Source of the DNA: Eledone cirrhosa
Lineage: Eukaryota
Direction: 5' to 3'
DNA: 64,000 bases
Assembly: GCA_964016885.1 (NCBI GenBank)
Contig: CAXHJY010000944.1
Location: 1 to 64,000, forward strand
A program made the position numbers and the translations under genes. Below, piece by piece: positions 16,106 to 28,275 of this stretch. The notes beneath the pieces are model-generated. The model made no database searches, was not told the origin of the DNA, and saw nothing but the letters and a program-made list of their open reading frames with translations. The first letter of the stretch is position 1, and every line of letters begins with the position of its first letter.

Positions 16106-16927
16106 TTAACCCTTTAGTTACCAACCCAGCCCAAACCAGCTCTGGTTCTATGAAATAAAACCTCCCATTTTAACCCTTTAGTTACCAACCCAGCCAAAAC
16201 CAGTTCTGGTTCTATGAAATAAAACCTCCCATTTTAACCCTTTAGTTACCAACCTGACCAAAACCAGCTCTGGTTCTATGAAATAAAACCTCCCATTTTA
16301 ACCCTTTAGTTACCAACCCAGCCAAAACCAGTTCTGGTTCTATGAAATAAAACCTCCCATTTTAACCCTTTAGTTACCAACCCAGCCAAAACCAGTTCTG
16401 GTTCTATGAAATAAAACCTCCCATTTTAACCCTTTAGTTACCAACCTGACCAAAACCAGCCCTGGTTCTATGAAATAAAACCTCCCATTTTAACCCTTTA
16501 GTTACCAACCCAGCCAAAACCAGTTCTGGTTCTATGAAATAAAACCTCCCATTTTAACCCTTTAGTTACCAACCTGACCAAAACCAGCCCTGGTTCTATG
16601 AAATAAAACCTCCCATTTTAACCCTTTAGTTACCAACCCAGCCAAAACCAGTTCTGGTTCTATGAAATAAAACCTCCCATTTTAACCCTTTAGTTACCAA
16701 CCTGACCAAAACCAGCCCTGGTTCTATGAAATAAAACCTCCCATTTTAACCCTTTAGTTACCAACCAGCCCAAAACCAGCCCTGGTTCTATGAAATAAAA
16801 CCAATTTAAATTAAGTTACTATCTCAGTAATGAAATAATTGATAATTTTAGTAAATCCCTAAAAATTCTTCATTAATTAATTAAAACAAAGTGTGTTTCA
16901 TCAGAAATGTAGTCGTGAAAGGGTTAA
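16106..16927 (+). mobile_element. piggyBac-type MITE with 11 tandem copies of its 64-bp left end
   Basis: Termini TTAA-CCCTTT...AAAGGG-TTAA; unit starts at 16106, 16170 ... 16746; same body as the copies at 21737, 44709 and 49321. Confidence 0.85.
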
Positions 16928-16944
16928 ACAAAGATGTGTGTTGT

Positions 16945-17225
16945 GGAGGTGTGTGGCCTAGAGGTAAGGGTGTTGGGCTTACAATCATAATGTTGTAGGT
17001 TCGATTCCTGGGTTGTGTGTTGTGTTCTTGAGCAAAACACTTCATTTCACGTTGCTCCAGTATACTCAGCTGAAAATGAGTAGCAGCAACAGCAGTGAGT
17101 TTACTCCTGTGATGGACTGGTGCCATGTCCAGGAGTGGGAGTCTTTTACTTTCAATCACATAACACCACAAAAACTGAGATAAGACCCGACCTGATGAGC
17201 CCCAAGCTCAAGACAGACTTTAAAC
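16945..17225 (+). mobile_element. tRNA-derived SINE family B with a CORE-like central domain
   Basis: A-box TGGCCTAGAGG, B-box GGTTCGATTCC, then TGTGTTCTTGAGCAAAACACTT; similar copies at 30697 and 48660. Confidence 0.8.
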
Positions 17226-17555
17226 AATAATGTGTTAAACTATAAGAATTAAATCTGATTTAGGGCTAAAATTAGACTACCAACCTTATTCAAACTGAAG
17301 AAAGCATTTAAATATAAGTTTGAAATGAGAGGCAATGGAGAAGAGTTCCAGCTAGATATTGTCAACTAAATCATCACATGGTTTAAATACACAGCAACAC
17401 TCCAATATCCAAATGGTTTAATGCCAGTAGAAGGGCACCCAGGAGTTATGACCTGGACGTGGCCTAACCCCTCTAGTGTGTAAGAAGTTAAGGGCTGATG
17501 TTTCTTCTCCTGAGAGTTTCTTACCACTTCATTTATTTATTTATCTATTTTTGTA

Positions 17556-20500
17556 CTTTCTATTGTCTTCGTCTTTCTATTGTCTTTCTATATTCTTTCT
17601 ATTGGCTTTCTATTGTCTTTCTATAGTCTTTCTATTGTCTTTCTATAGTCTTTCTATAGTCTTTCTATTGTCATTCTACAGTCTTTCTATAGTCATTCTA
17701 TAGTCATTCTATAGTCTTTCTATGGTCTTTCTATTGTCTTTCTATAGTATTTCTATAGTCTTTCTATTGTCTTTCTATTGTCTTTCTATAGTCTTTCTAT
17801 TGTCTTTCTATAGTCTTTCTATAGTCTTTCTATTGTCTTTCTATAGTCTTTCTATTGTCTTTCTATAGTCTTTCTATAGTCTTTCTATTGTCTTTCTATA
17901 GTCTTTCTATTGTCTTTCTATAGTCTTTCTATAGTCTTTCTATAGTCTTTCTATTGTCTTTCTATAGTCTTTCTATTGTCTTTCTATAGTCTTTCTATAG
18001 TCTTTCTATTGTCTTTCTATAGTCTTTCTATTGTCATTCTATAGTCTTTCTATTGTCTTTCTATAGTCTTTCTATAGTCTTTCTATAGTCTTTCTATTGG
18101 CTTTCTATAGTCTTTCTATAGTCTTTCTATTGGCTTTCTATAGTCTTTCTATAGTCTTTCTATTGTCTTTCTATTGGCTTTCTATAGTCTTTCTATAGTC
18201 TTTCTATTGTCTTTCTATAGTCTTTCTATTGTCTTTCTATTGTCTTTCTATAGTCTTTCTATTGGCTTTCTATAGTCTTTCTATTGTCTTTCTATAGTCT
18301 TTATTGTCTTTCTATTGTCTTTCTACAGTCTTTCTACAGTCTTTCTATAGTCTTTCTATAGTCTTTCTATAGTCTTTCTATTGTCTTTCTATTGTCTTTC
18401 TACAGTCTTTCTATAGTCTTTCTATTGTCTTCGTCTTTCTATAGTCTTTCTATAGTCTTTCTATAGTATTTCTATAGTCTTTCTATTGTCTTTCTATAGT
18501 CTTTCTACAGTCTTTCTATAGTCTTTCTATTGTCTTCGTCTTTCTATAGTCTTTCTATAGTATTTCTATAGTCTTTCTATAGTATTTCTATAGTCTTTCT
18601 ATAGTATTTCTATAGTCTTTCTATAGTCTTTCTATAGTCTTTCTACAGTCTTTCTATTGTCTTTCTATAGTCTTTCTACAGTCTTTCTATTGTCTTTCTA
18701 TAGTCTTTCTACAGTCTTTCTATTGTCTTTCTATAGTCTTTCTATAGTCTTTCTATTGGCTTTCTATAGTCTTTCTATAGTCTTTCTATTGGCTTTCTAT
18801 AGTCTTTCTATAGTCTTTCTATTGTCTTTCTATAGTCTTTTTACAGTCTTTCTATAGTCTTTCTACAGTCTTTCTATAGTCTTTCTATAGTCTTTATTGT
18901 CTTTCTATTGTCTTTCTACAGTCTTTCTACAGTCTTTCTATAGTCTTTCTATAGTCTTTCTATAGTCTTTCTATAGTCTTTCTCTAGTCTTTCTATAGTA
19001 TTTCTATTGTCTTTCTATTGTCTTTCTACAGTCTTTCTATAGTCTTTCTATTGTCTTCGTCTTTCTATAGTCTTTCTATAGTATTTCTATAGTCTTTCTA
19101 TTGTCTTTCTATAGTCTTTCTATAGTCTTTCTATTGTCATTCTACAGTCTTTCTATAGTCATTCTATAGTCATTCTATAGTCTTTCTATGGTCTTTCTAT
19201 TGTCTTTCTATAGTATTTCTATAGTCTTTCTATTGTCTTTCTATAGTCTTTCTATTGTCTTTCTATAGTCTTTCTATAGTCTTTCTATTGGCTTTCTATA
19301 GTCTTTCTATTGTCATTCTATAGTCTTTCTATTGTCTTTCTATAGTCTTTCTATAGTCTTTCTATAGTCTTTCTATTGGCTTTCTATAGTCTTTCTATAG
19401 TCTTTCTATTGGCTTTCTATAGTCTTTCTATAGTCTTTCTATTGTCTTTCTATTGGCTTTCTATAGTCTTTCTATAGTCTTTCTATTGTCTTTCTATAGT
19501 CTTTCTATTGTCTTTCTATTGTCTTTCTATAGTCTTTCTATTGGCTTTCTATAGTCTTTCTATTGTCTTTCTATAGTCTTTATTGTCTTTCTATTGTCTT
19601 TCTACAGTCTTTCTACAGTCTTTCTATAGTCTTTCTATAGTCTTTCTATAGTCTTTCTATTGTCTTTCTATTGTCTTTCTACAGTCTTTCTATAGTCTTT
19701 CTATTGTCTTCGTCTTTCTATAGTCTTTCTATAGTCTTTCTATAGTATTTCTATAGTCTTTCTATTGTCTTTCTATAGTCTTTCTACAGTCTTTCTATAG
19801 TCTTTCTATTGTCTTCGTCTTTCTATAGTCTTTCTATAGTATTTCTATAGTCTTTCTATAGTATTTCTATAGTCTTTCTATAGTCTTTCTATAGTCTTTC
19901 TACAGTCTTTCTATTGTCTTTCTATAGTCTTTCTACAGTCTTTCTATTGTCTTTCTATAGTCTTTCTATAGTCTTTCTACAGTCTTTCTATTGGCTTTCT
20001 ATAGTCTTTCTATAGTCTTTCTATTGTCTTTCTATTGTCTTTCTATAGTCTTTCTATAGTCTTTCTACAGTCTTTCTATTGTCTTTCTATAGTCTTTCTA
20101 CAGTCTTTCTATTGTCTTTCTATAGTCTTTCTATAGTCTTTCTATAGTCTTTCTATAGTCTTTCTATTGGCTTTCTATAGTCTTTCTATAGTCTTTCTAT
20201 TGTCTTTCTATTGGCTTTCTATAGTCTTTCTATAGTCTTTCTATTGTCTTTCTATAGTCTTTCTATTGTCTTTCTATAGTCTTTCTACAGTCTTTCTATA
20301 GTCTTTCTATAGTCTTTATTGTCTTTCTATTGTCTTTCTACAGTCTTTCTACAGTCTTTCTACAGTCTTTCTATAGTCTTTCTATAGTCTTTATTGTCTT
20401 TCTATTGTCTTTCTTCAGTCTTTCTACAGTCTTTCTATAGTCTTTCTATAGTCTTTCTATAGTCTTTCTCTAGTCTTTCTATAGTATTTCTATTGTCTTT

Positions 20501-20770
20501 CTATTGTCTTTCTACAGTCTTTCTATAGTCTTTCTATTGTCTTCGTCTTTCTATAGTCTTTCTATAGTATTTCTATAGTCTTTCTATTGTCTTTCTATAG
20601 TCTTTCTACAGTCTTTCTATTGTCTTCGTCTTTCTATAGTCTTTCTACAGTCTTTCTATTGTCTTTCTATAGTCTTTCTATTGTCTTTCTACAGTCTTGC
20701 TACAGTCTTTCTATAGTCTTTCTATAGTCTTTCTATTGTCTTTCTATTGTCTTTCTATAGTCTTTCTATT
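17556..20770. repeat. 11-bp satellite (GTCTTTCTATA/T)n
   Basis: Direct tandem array of about 3.2 kb with recurrent variants. Confidence 0.97.
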
Positions 20771-21157
20771 AACTGACTGACACAACATATTGTTAGACCT
20801 ACGGCGGCGGCGGTGGTGTATGTGGTGCTGCTGCTGATGTTGGTTTTTCCCTTTCCTTGTCATCATCAACATTGTCATCAACAATGTAGCTTGTGATGAC
20901 AACAACAAGAAGGGATGATGCTATTAGTTCTTGTATGTTGTTGTTGTTACTGTTGTATGTTGTTGCTGCAATAGTAGTAGTGGTGGTGGTAGTAGTGGCA
21001 GCTGTACTAATTGTTGTTGTTGTTGCTGTTGCTGGTCGTTGCCAATCATCCCAGCAGGAGAATCAGCGTCCCCTATGTCAGAAAGGTGACTGAACTTACA
21101 TTTGGGAGTAACCTATAAATCCAATATGTCACTGTATACTTGATATTGCTGTTGTAA

Positions 21158-21634
21158 CTACACCACCACCACCACCTACACCAGCTACACCACCTCCACT
21201 ACCTACACCACTACCACCTACACCACCACTACCACCTACACCACCACCACCTCCACCATCTACACCACCTACACCACTACCACCTACACCACCACCACCT
21301 ACACCAGCTACACCACCTCAACCACTACCACCTACACCACCACCCTCACCCCACTTACACCAGCTACACCACCACCACCTACTTCACCATCACCTACACC
21401 ACAACTACCTACACTACCACCACCACCACCTACACCACCATCACCATCACCTACATCACCACCACTACACCACCACCACCTACACTACCACCACCAACAA
21501 CAACGACCACCACCATCACCTTCACTACCACCACCACCACCACCACTACCAACAACAACAACACCACCACCTACACCACCACTACTACACCACCCCATCC
21601 TCACTACCACCACCATCACTACCATCACCAACCA
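21158..21634. repeat. Degenerate (CAC/TAC)n microsatellite
   Basis: Visible low-complexity trinucleotide tract. Confidence 0.9.
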
Positions 21635-21736
21635 TATTTATTTCAGACAAGTTGTCAGAGGATATTTACAATTGAAGTATGATTCTGGGGTTGTATTTGT
21701 CTTGTGACTTGATCAGAGACCATGGCATGTTGAAAT

Positions 21737-22100
21737 TTAACCCTTTAGTTACCAACCCAGCCAAAACCAGTTCTGGTTCTATGAAATAAAACCTCCCATT
21801 TTAACCCTTTAGTTACCAACCCAGCCAAAACCAGTTCTGGTTCTATGAAATAAAACCTCCCATTTTAACCCTTTATTTACCAACCCAGCCAAAACCAGTT
21901 CTGGTTCTATGAAATAAAACCACCCATTTTAAAGGTTTCTAATTTAAATTTAAATCTTCCAACATAATTCTATATAAGAACCTTACATTAAGTTACTATC
22001 TTAGTAGTGAAATAATTAATAATTTTAGTAAATCCCTCAAAATTCTTCATTAATTAATTGAAATATTATTTCATTAGAAATATGGCCAGGAAAGGGTTGA
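21737..22100 (+). mobile_element. piggyBac-type MITE, 3 left-end units
   Basis: TTAACCCTTT...AAAGGGTTGA termini; same body as the 16106 copy. Confidence 0.85.
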
Positions 22101-22480
22101 AAAATGAATGGTAAGAAACAATCAGGATAGCTGGACAACAGTAGGTCTTCAGAGAAGAACCCCTGCCCCCTCAAGCAATTATTTTGGCTCTAAACTTGTT
22201 ACACTCTAAAGGGCTCCGGACATGGCATGTTAATACTTAAACAATTACATCATAGAAGTGTCATTTAAAAACATATGTTGAAATATATTGAGTAAAACAG
22301 TGTTAGTCATATTTGACCCTTCTACCAGATTCTACCAGATTCTACCAGATTCTACCAACTTGCTGAAACCTGTCATATAACTGATTTCACATTTTAACAA
22401 TTGATCTTGGAAAAAGACATCTCTTCACATTTAATGTATTGACCTTTTGTAATTTACTGCTTCCTTCCTTAACTAACAGG

Positions 22481-22485
22481 GAGAG

Positions 22486-22517
<32 letters not shown>

Positions 22518-23320
22518 CATAAGAGAGAGAGTGAGTGTGTGTGTGTGCATAAGAGAGAGAGTGAGGGTGTGTGTGCAAGAGAGTGAGTGTGTGTGTGTGT
22601 GAGAGAGAGAGAGAGTGTGTGTGTATGAGAGAGAGAGAGAGTGTGTGTGTATGAGAGAGAGAGAGAGTGTGAGTGTGAGAGAGAATGTGTGTGAGTGTGA
22701 GAGAGAGTGTGCAAGAGAATGTGTGTGAGAGAGAGAGAGTGTGTGTGAGTGTGTGTGTGAGAGAATGTGAGAGAGTGTGTGTGAGAGAGAGAGTACGTGA
22801 GTGTGAGAGAGTGTGTGAGAGAGAGAGAGTGTGTGAGAGAGTGTGTGTGAGAGTGTGTGTGAGAGTGTGTGTGAGAGTGTGTGTGAGAGAGAGTGTGTGA
22901 GAAAGTGTGTGTGAGAGAGTGTGTGAGAGAGTGTGTGTGAGAGAGAGTGTGTGTGTGAGAGAGAGTGTGTGAGAAAGTGTGAGTGTGAGAGTGTGAGAGA
23001 GTGTGTGTGAGTGTGTGAGTGAGAGAGTGTGAGTGTGAGAGAGTGTGTGTGAGAGTGTGTGTGTGTGAGAGAGTGTGAGTGAGTGAGTGAGTGTGAGAGA
23101 GTGAGTGTGAGAGAGTGTGAGAGTGTGTGAGTGTGAGAGAGTGTGAGAGTGTGTGAGAGTGTGTGTGAGAGAGAGAGTGTGTGTGTGAGAGAGTGTGTGA
23201 GAGAGTGTGAGAGTGTGTGAGAGAGTGTGTGTCAAAGTGTGTGTGTGAGAATGTGTGTGTGAGAGTGTGTGTGTGTGTGAGAGAGTGTGTGTGAGAGTGT
23301 GTGTGTGTGAGAGAGTGTGT
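22481..23320. repeat. Mixed (GA)/(GT) microsatellite
   Basis: Visible dinucleotide tract. Confidence 0.95.
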
Positions 23321-23468
23321 CTGTCAGTGTTGTTACAACCAGTACAACACCTCTCATAACAATCTATAAAAACCTTCATACCTCCATTAAATATTTTAAC
23401 TTGTCAAATTTGTCAATAAATGTTTCTAGAAACAGATTCTCTATCAGATCCCTTTTATGAAACATCTT

Positions 23469-25050
23469 TAATAACTAACAATAACTAACAATAATAACTA
23501 ACTATAACTAACAATAATAACTAACAGTTAATAACTAACTATAACTAACAATAATAACTAACAGTTAATAACTAACTATAACTAACAGTTAATAACTAAC
23601 TATAACTAACAATAATAACTAACAGTTAATAACTAACAATAACTAACAATAATAACTAACAGTTAATAACAACAATAACTAACAGTTAATAACTAACAGT
23701 TAATAACTATAACTAACAATAATAACTAACAGTTAATAACTAACTATAACTAACAATAATAACTAACAGTTAATAACTAACAGTTAATAACTAACAATAA
23801 CTAACAATAATAACTAACCGTTAATAACTAACTATAACTAACAATAATAACTAGCAGTTAATAACTAACAGTTAATAACTAACAGTTAATAACTAACTAT
23901 AACTAACAATAATAACTAAGTTAATAACTAACAATAACTAACAATAATAACTAATAGTTAATAACTAACAGTTAATAACTAACAATAACTAACAGTTAAT
24001 AACTATAACTAACAATAATAACTAACAGTTAATAACTAACAATAACTAACAGTTAATAACTAACAATAACTAACTATAACTAACAATAATAACTAACAGT
24101 TAATAACTAACAATAACTAACAGTTAATAACTAACAATAACTAACAGTTAATAACTATAACTAACAATAATAACTAACAGTTAATAACTAACAATAACTA
24201 ACAGTTAATAACTAACAATAACTAACAGTTAATAACTAACAGTTAATAACTATAACTAACAATAATAACTAACAGTTAATAACTAACAATAACTAACAAT
24301 AATAACTAATAGTTAATAACTAACAGTTAATAACTAACAATAACTAACAGTTAATAACTATAACTAACAGTTAATAACTAACAATAACTAACAGTTAATA
24401 ACTATAACTAACAGTTAATAACTAACAATAACTAACAGTTAATAACTATAACTAACAGTTAATAACTAACAATAACTAACAGTTAATAACTATAACTAAC
24501 AGTTAATAACTAACAATAACTAACAGTTAATAACTATAACTAACAGTTAATAACTAACAATAACTAACAGTTAATAACTATAACTAACAGTTAATAACTA
24601 ACAATAACTAACAGTTAATAACTATAACTAACAATAATAACTAACAGTTAATAACTAACAATAACTAACTATAACTAACAATAACTAACAATAATAACTA
24701 ACAGTTAATAACTAACAATAACTAACTATAACTAACAATAATAACTAACAATAATTGTTTCTACTTTTGGCACAAGCCCAGCAATTACCCAGTACATTAC
24801 TGGTACTTTATTTTATCGACCCCGTAAGGATGAAAGACAAAGTTAACCTTGGCGGGATTCGAACTCAGAATGGCAAGGGCCGTAACTCTATGCGTCAAAG
24901 CATAGCGTCCGACCCTCTACCAATACTGCCAATCCACCGCCATTCAATAATAATAACTAACAATAAAAACTAACTATAACTAATAATAACTAACTATAAC
25001 TAACAGTTAATAACAATTAATAACTAACAACAATAACAACAACAATAACT
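23469..25050. repeat. AT-rich 10-14-bp minisatellite (AATAACTAACAGTT-type), interrupted by a SINE
   Basis: Tandem units on both sides of 24755-24944. Confidence 0.93.
24755..24944 (-). mobile_element. tRNA-derived SINE family A
   Basis: Minus strand starts GGCGGTGGATTGGCAGTATTGGTAGAG and has B-box GTTCGAATCC; near-identical to the 43022 copy. Confidence 0.85.
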
Positions 25051-25074
25051 ATGGTGGAGTTGTGATGTTTATGT

Positions 25075-25345
25075 ATTTGTTGTGCAAGTTTGATGTAAAA
25101 TTGTGTTGAAAGTGATATTGTAATATTTGGGGAGGGAGGGTCATGTCAATATTGCCAATAGAAGCACACACCCCATATAATTTTAACTTTATTGTTTGTT
25201 ATTCATTTGCTTGTCCAAATTCTTTCATCATACATTCTGTGACCTCCTCACTAACTGTTTTGTGCCTCCTCTTTATCCTGGTCTTAAACTTCTACTCCAT
25301 CTTGTCTTTGTTTTGTGGTATGTGTTTCATGTCTGCGCATGTGCC
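25075..25345 (-). mobile_element. Decayed Penelope-like 3' end (pLTR)
   Basis: Diverged reverse complement of about 26690-27020, including an eroded hammerhead (25210-25255) and the ATGACCCTCCC motif. Confidence 0.65.
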
Positions 25346-25350
25346 TATAT

Positions 25351-25928
25351 GGTGGGACCGATCCGGTTGACCACCGAGTCTATTGTAATGATCAAGCCGC
25401 CTCCCCCCTTCAAAGATGAAGCAGAGGCGGTGTTTCTGTGCGTAATAGCCATGGCGAAAGAGGTTGTATGGTGGACGCGTCTGAAAGGACTGAGGTCAGG
25501 CACCTTTCTCTCTGGCCAACAACTGGTCCGTTTCTTCCGATATCATTTCGGAAGAAGGATCAGGATGGAGAGAGAGGTGCTGCACCCCAGCCGTTTCTAT
25601 GAAAGATGGGTGAAAGTGGCGAGAATGGCCTGTGTGAATGGGCCTTCACTCTACATCAGACTATAGGTGAGGAAGATGAAAGACCAAGGGAGCACCCCTT
25701 CTCTGTGCTCCTGAGGAGAAGGGTTGCACACTTTTTTCGGGGGTGTGTGCGACCCCCCCCAAGGCGCCTCCTCTCTATTGAGGATTTTGTTATAAATTTT
25801 ATTTTTTGTTATATCTTATTTTATTTTTATATTTTGTTATTGCCTCCTCCTTATTGAGGACGCCTTTTTGTGTAAACTCCCCCCTTTGTACTTGTCCCAC
25901 TTTTGATGCCCTAGTGGCAAATAAAAGA

Positions 25929-25931
<3 letters not shown>
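25351..25931 (+). mobile_element. 5'-truncated copy of the L1/Tx1-type LINE (ORF2 C-terminus plus 3' UTR)
   Basis: Peptide VGPIRLTTESIV...ERWVKVARMA matches the end of ORF2 at 42100-42417; same AATAAA(A)GAAAC end, followed by (TA)n. Confidence 0.93.
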
Positions 25932-25990
<59 letters not shown>

Positions 25991-26100
25991 TAAATTTAAA
26001 AAAAAAAAATTTTTTAATTTATAAATTTCCGGTTGGTTGGTTGGTTGGTTCCACAACCGGACGGTTGTTCATATATTGTCAAAGTTCTTTCGTCACACAC

Positions 26101-26587
26101 ATTTAGAAGGTCTCTAGATAAACTTAAACTTAATATTAAGATAGTAGAAAGACCAGGTACCTCCATAAAAACACTTATTAGTAATACATACCCTTTTCAA
26201 AGACCTCCCTGTATAGATAAGAAATGCATAATCTGTAAACTAAGCCCCCATATTAACTGTAAAACTAGAAACATAGTATATAGCATAAGATGTACTGAAA
26301 GACAATGTAGAGATAAGAATATAGTGTACATAGGTGAGACAGCTCGTAGTATAGGAGAACGGATAAATGAACACTGGCGAGAGCTTCAAGATAAAAAAGA
26401 ATCATCTGTACTCCACCAACATACTAAAATAGAACATAAGGGTAAATTAGAGAACATAAAAATAAAATCTACACACAGAAAAGACGCAATGTTTAGACAA
26501 ATCACAGAAGCAATGAACATAAATGAACTCCAACCAAAATTAAATAGAAAGCATGAATGGAATAGCAACATCACAACTTACAATTAA
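26101..26587 (+). pseudogene. PLE GIY-YIG endonuclease fragment
   Basis: Closely parallels the C-terminus of the 60651-63680 ORF; the ORF-track N-terminus comes from the inverted pLTR. Confidence 0.85.
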
Positions 26588-26785
26588 GGACAAAATGAAA
26601 ACACACACACACATAGAACAAACAACCAACCAGTAACATGTAAATAAACAAATAAATAAACAAATAAAAACACACACGGACACCTGGATGTAACACATGC
26701 GCAAACTAAGCACACGACACACAGAAAAACAAGATGGCGTAGGACAGAACAAAGGAGAGGCACAAAACAAAGAAAAGAATCCCCA

Positions 26786-26828
26786 GTCACTGAAGAGGTC
26801 ACAGAATGTGTGACGAAAGAACTTTGAC
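26786..26828 (+). ncRNA. Minimal type I hammerhead ribozyme in PLE pLTR
   Basis: GUCA-CUGAAGA-g-GUCACA(gaaug)UGUGAC-GAAA-GAAC-UU-UGAC. Confidence 0.75.
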
Positions 26829-27246
26829 ACTATATGAACAACCGTCCGGTTGTGGAACCAACCAACCAACCGGAAATTTATAAATAAAAAAAAAATGTTT
26901 AATTGATAATAAATTGGAGTGAAAGCAACTGGTGCGTGTGTTTCTTATTTACAATATGACCCTCCCAAAGTATAACAATATCGGTTTCAACACACGTTTT
27001 CAGATAAAGAATCTTGTTAAACAAATTCAGAAACGATATATATATCTGCAGTATATTCAAATATATACGAGCAAATATATAGATGGAAAAATTATCTTTT
27101 AAATCATTTCTACTTCTTTACACAAGTTTTAAGAGAGTTGTACATCAAATCATTCAAATATTGTTAGGTGAAAATGTGTATAATCAAGATCTATACATAC
27201 AAAATGACATAGAGATATTGCTTGTACAGATTATATATATTTATAC

Positions 27247-27631
27247 GGAGGCACATGGCTTAGTGGTTAGAGCATTGGCCTTGCAATCGAAAGGTTGTGA
27301 GATCAATTCTCAGACCGGGTGATGTGTTGTGTCCTTGAGCAAGACACTTTATTTCACATTGCTTCCGTTTACTCAGCTGTAGAAATGAGATGACTGGGGT
27401 CCCTACCATTCCATGCAAAGTGGTCGTGGAGGTGCAAAAAAGCACCCAACCCACACTGTAAAGTGGATGTGTAGGCGCCACGGAAAAAAAGCACTGTGAA
27501 TGAGGTTGGTGTTAGGAAGGGCATCCAGCTATAGAAATCAAGCCAGAATCAATTCCCATATGAGCAAGACAAGGTCAGCCGACCGGACACTACCCATGCT
27601 AGCGTGGAAGAATGGACGTAAAACGATGATG

Positions 27632-27632
<1 letters not shown>
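27247..27632 (+). mobile_element. Modular SINE: tRNA head, CORE-like domain, RTE-derived segment and RTE 3' tail
   Basis: TGGCTTAGTGG A-box; CCTTGAGCAAGACACTT; AGGAAGGGCATCCAGC; tail CCCATGCTAGCGTGGAA..GGACGTAAAA(GAT)n resembling the RTE end at 44550-44597. Confidence 0.75.
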
Positions 27633-27693
<61 letters not shown>

Positions 27694-27729
27694 AGAGTGA
27701 TCATCTGTACAAGTAATATTTCTATATCA

Positions 27730-27985
27730 GCTCGAGAGTGGCACAGAAGAGACTGAGGTTAGCTGGACATGCTCACTAACATCCAGAGTTGACACTGCAT
27801 TCAGTGCTCCTGTGGGAGCCCCCTGCATGGACACACTGGGAGAGGAAGACCAAAGTTAACATATGTTGATGCCCTAAGGACAGACACTGGTCTCTTGGAG
27901 ATGCAGAACATGGCAACAATAATGAGGGACAGAGACCGCTGGAGAGAACTCGTGCATAGATCTTGGGAATTTTACCCGTCCTAGA
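27730..27985 (+). mobile_element. RTE-group LINE 3' fragment
   Basis: Encodes RLAGH...VLLWEP and [19 protein letters not shown]...RDRDRWRE (frameshifted); second copy at 55166. Confidence 0.75.
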
Positions 27986-28049
27986 CATATATATATACAC
28001 ACATACATACATATTTGTTGTTGCCTTGGGGAAATTGTGTAATTTCTCT

Positions 28050-28275
28050 TTAAACTCTTTGATACTAACTCTGCCAAGACTTCTTCTTCTTCTATGAAAC
28101 AAAATCTCACATTTAAAATCTTCCACCATAACTTGATATAAGAACCTTTTGATAAACTTATGTAACAAATACCGTTTTAGTAATGAAATGATAATTTTTA
28201 TAAATCCCTCCAAATTCTTTAATAATTAATCGACATACATTGTATTTCATTAGAAAAATGTCCATGAAAAGATTT
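28050..28275 (+). mobile_element. Diverged copy of the piggyBac-type MITE
   Basis: Shares TCTATGAAACAAAA, ATATAAGAACC and AAATCCCTC...AATTAAT blocks with the 21737 copy. Confidence 0.55.

Larger units (their letters stand above)
26005..27030 (+). mobile_element. 5'-truncated Penelope-like element: GIY-YIG C-terminus, 3' pLTR and an inverted 5' pLTR piece
   Basis: NIVYSIRC...YIGETARSIGERINEH GIY-YIG motif; 26005-26100 is the reverse complement of about 26807-26900. Confidence 0.88.

Noticed and set aside
16106-16800. Telomere-like TAACCC or CRISPR-like array
   Set aside because: TAACCC occurs once per 64-bp unit as part of the MITE terminus; there are no unique spacers.
16945-17015. tRNA gene
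   Set aside because: It has A and B boxes but no cloverleaf, and continues into a multi-copy SINE body.
22387-23379. 330-aa HTLS-repeat ORF and similar YI/CV ORFs at 31, 34, 53-55 and 60 kb
   Set aside because: They are translations of dinucleotide microsatellites.
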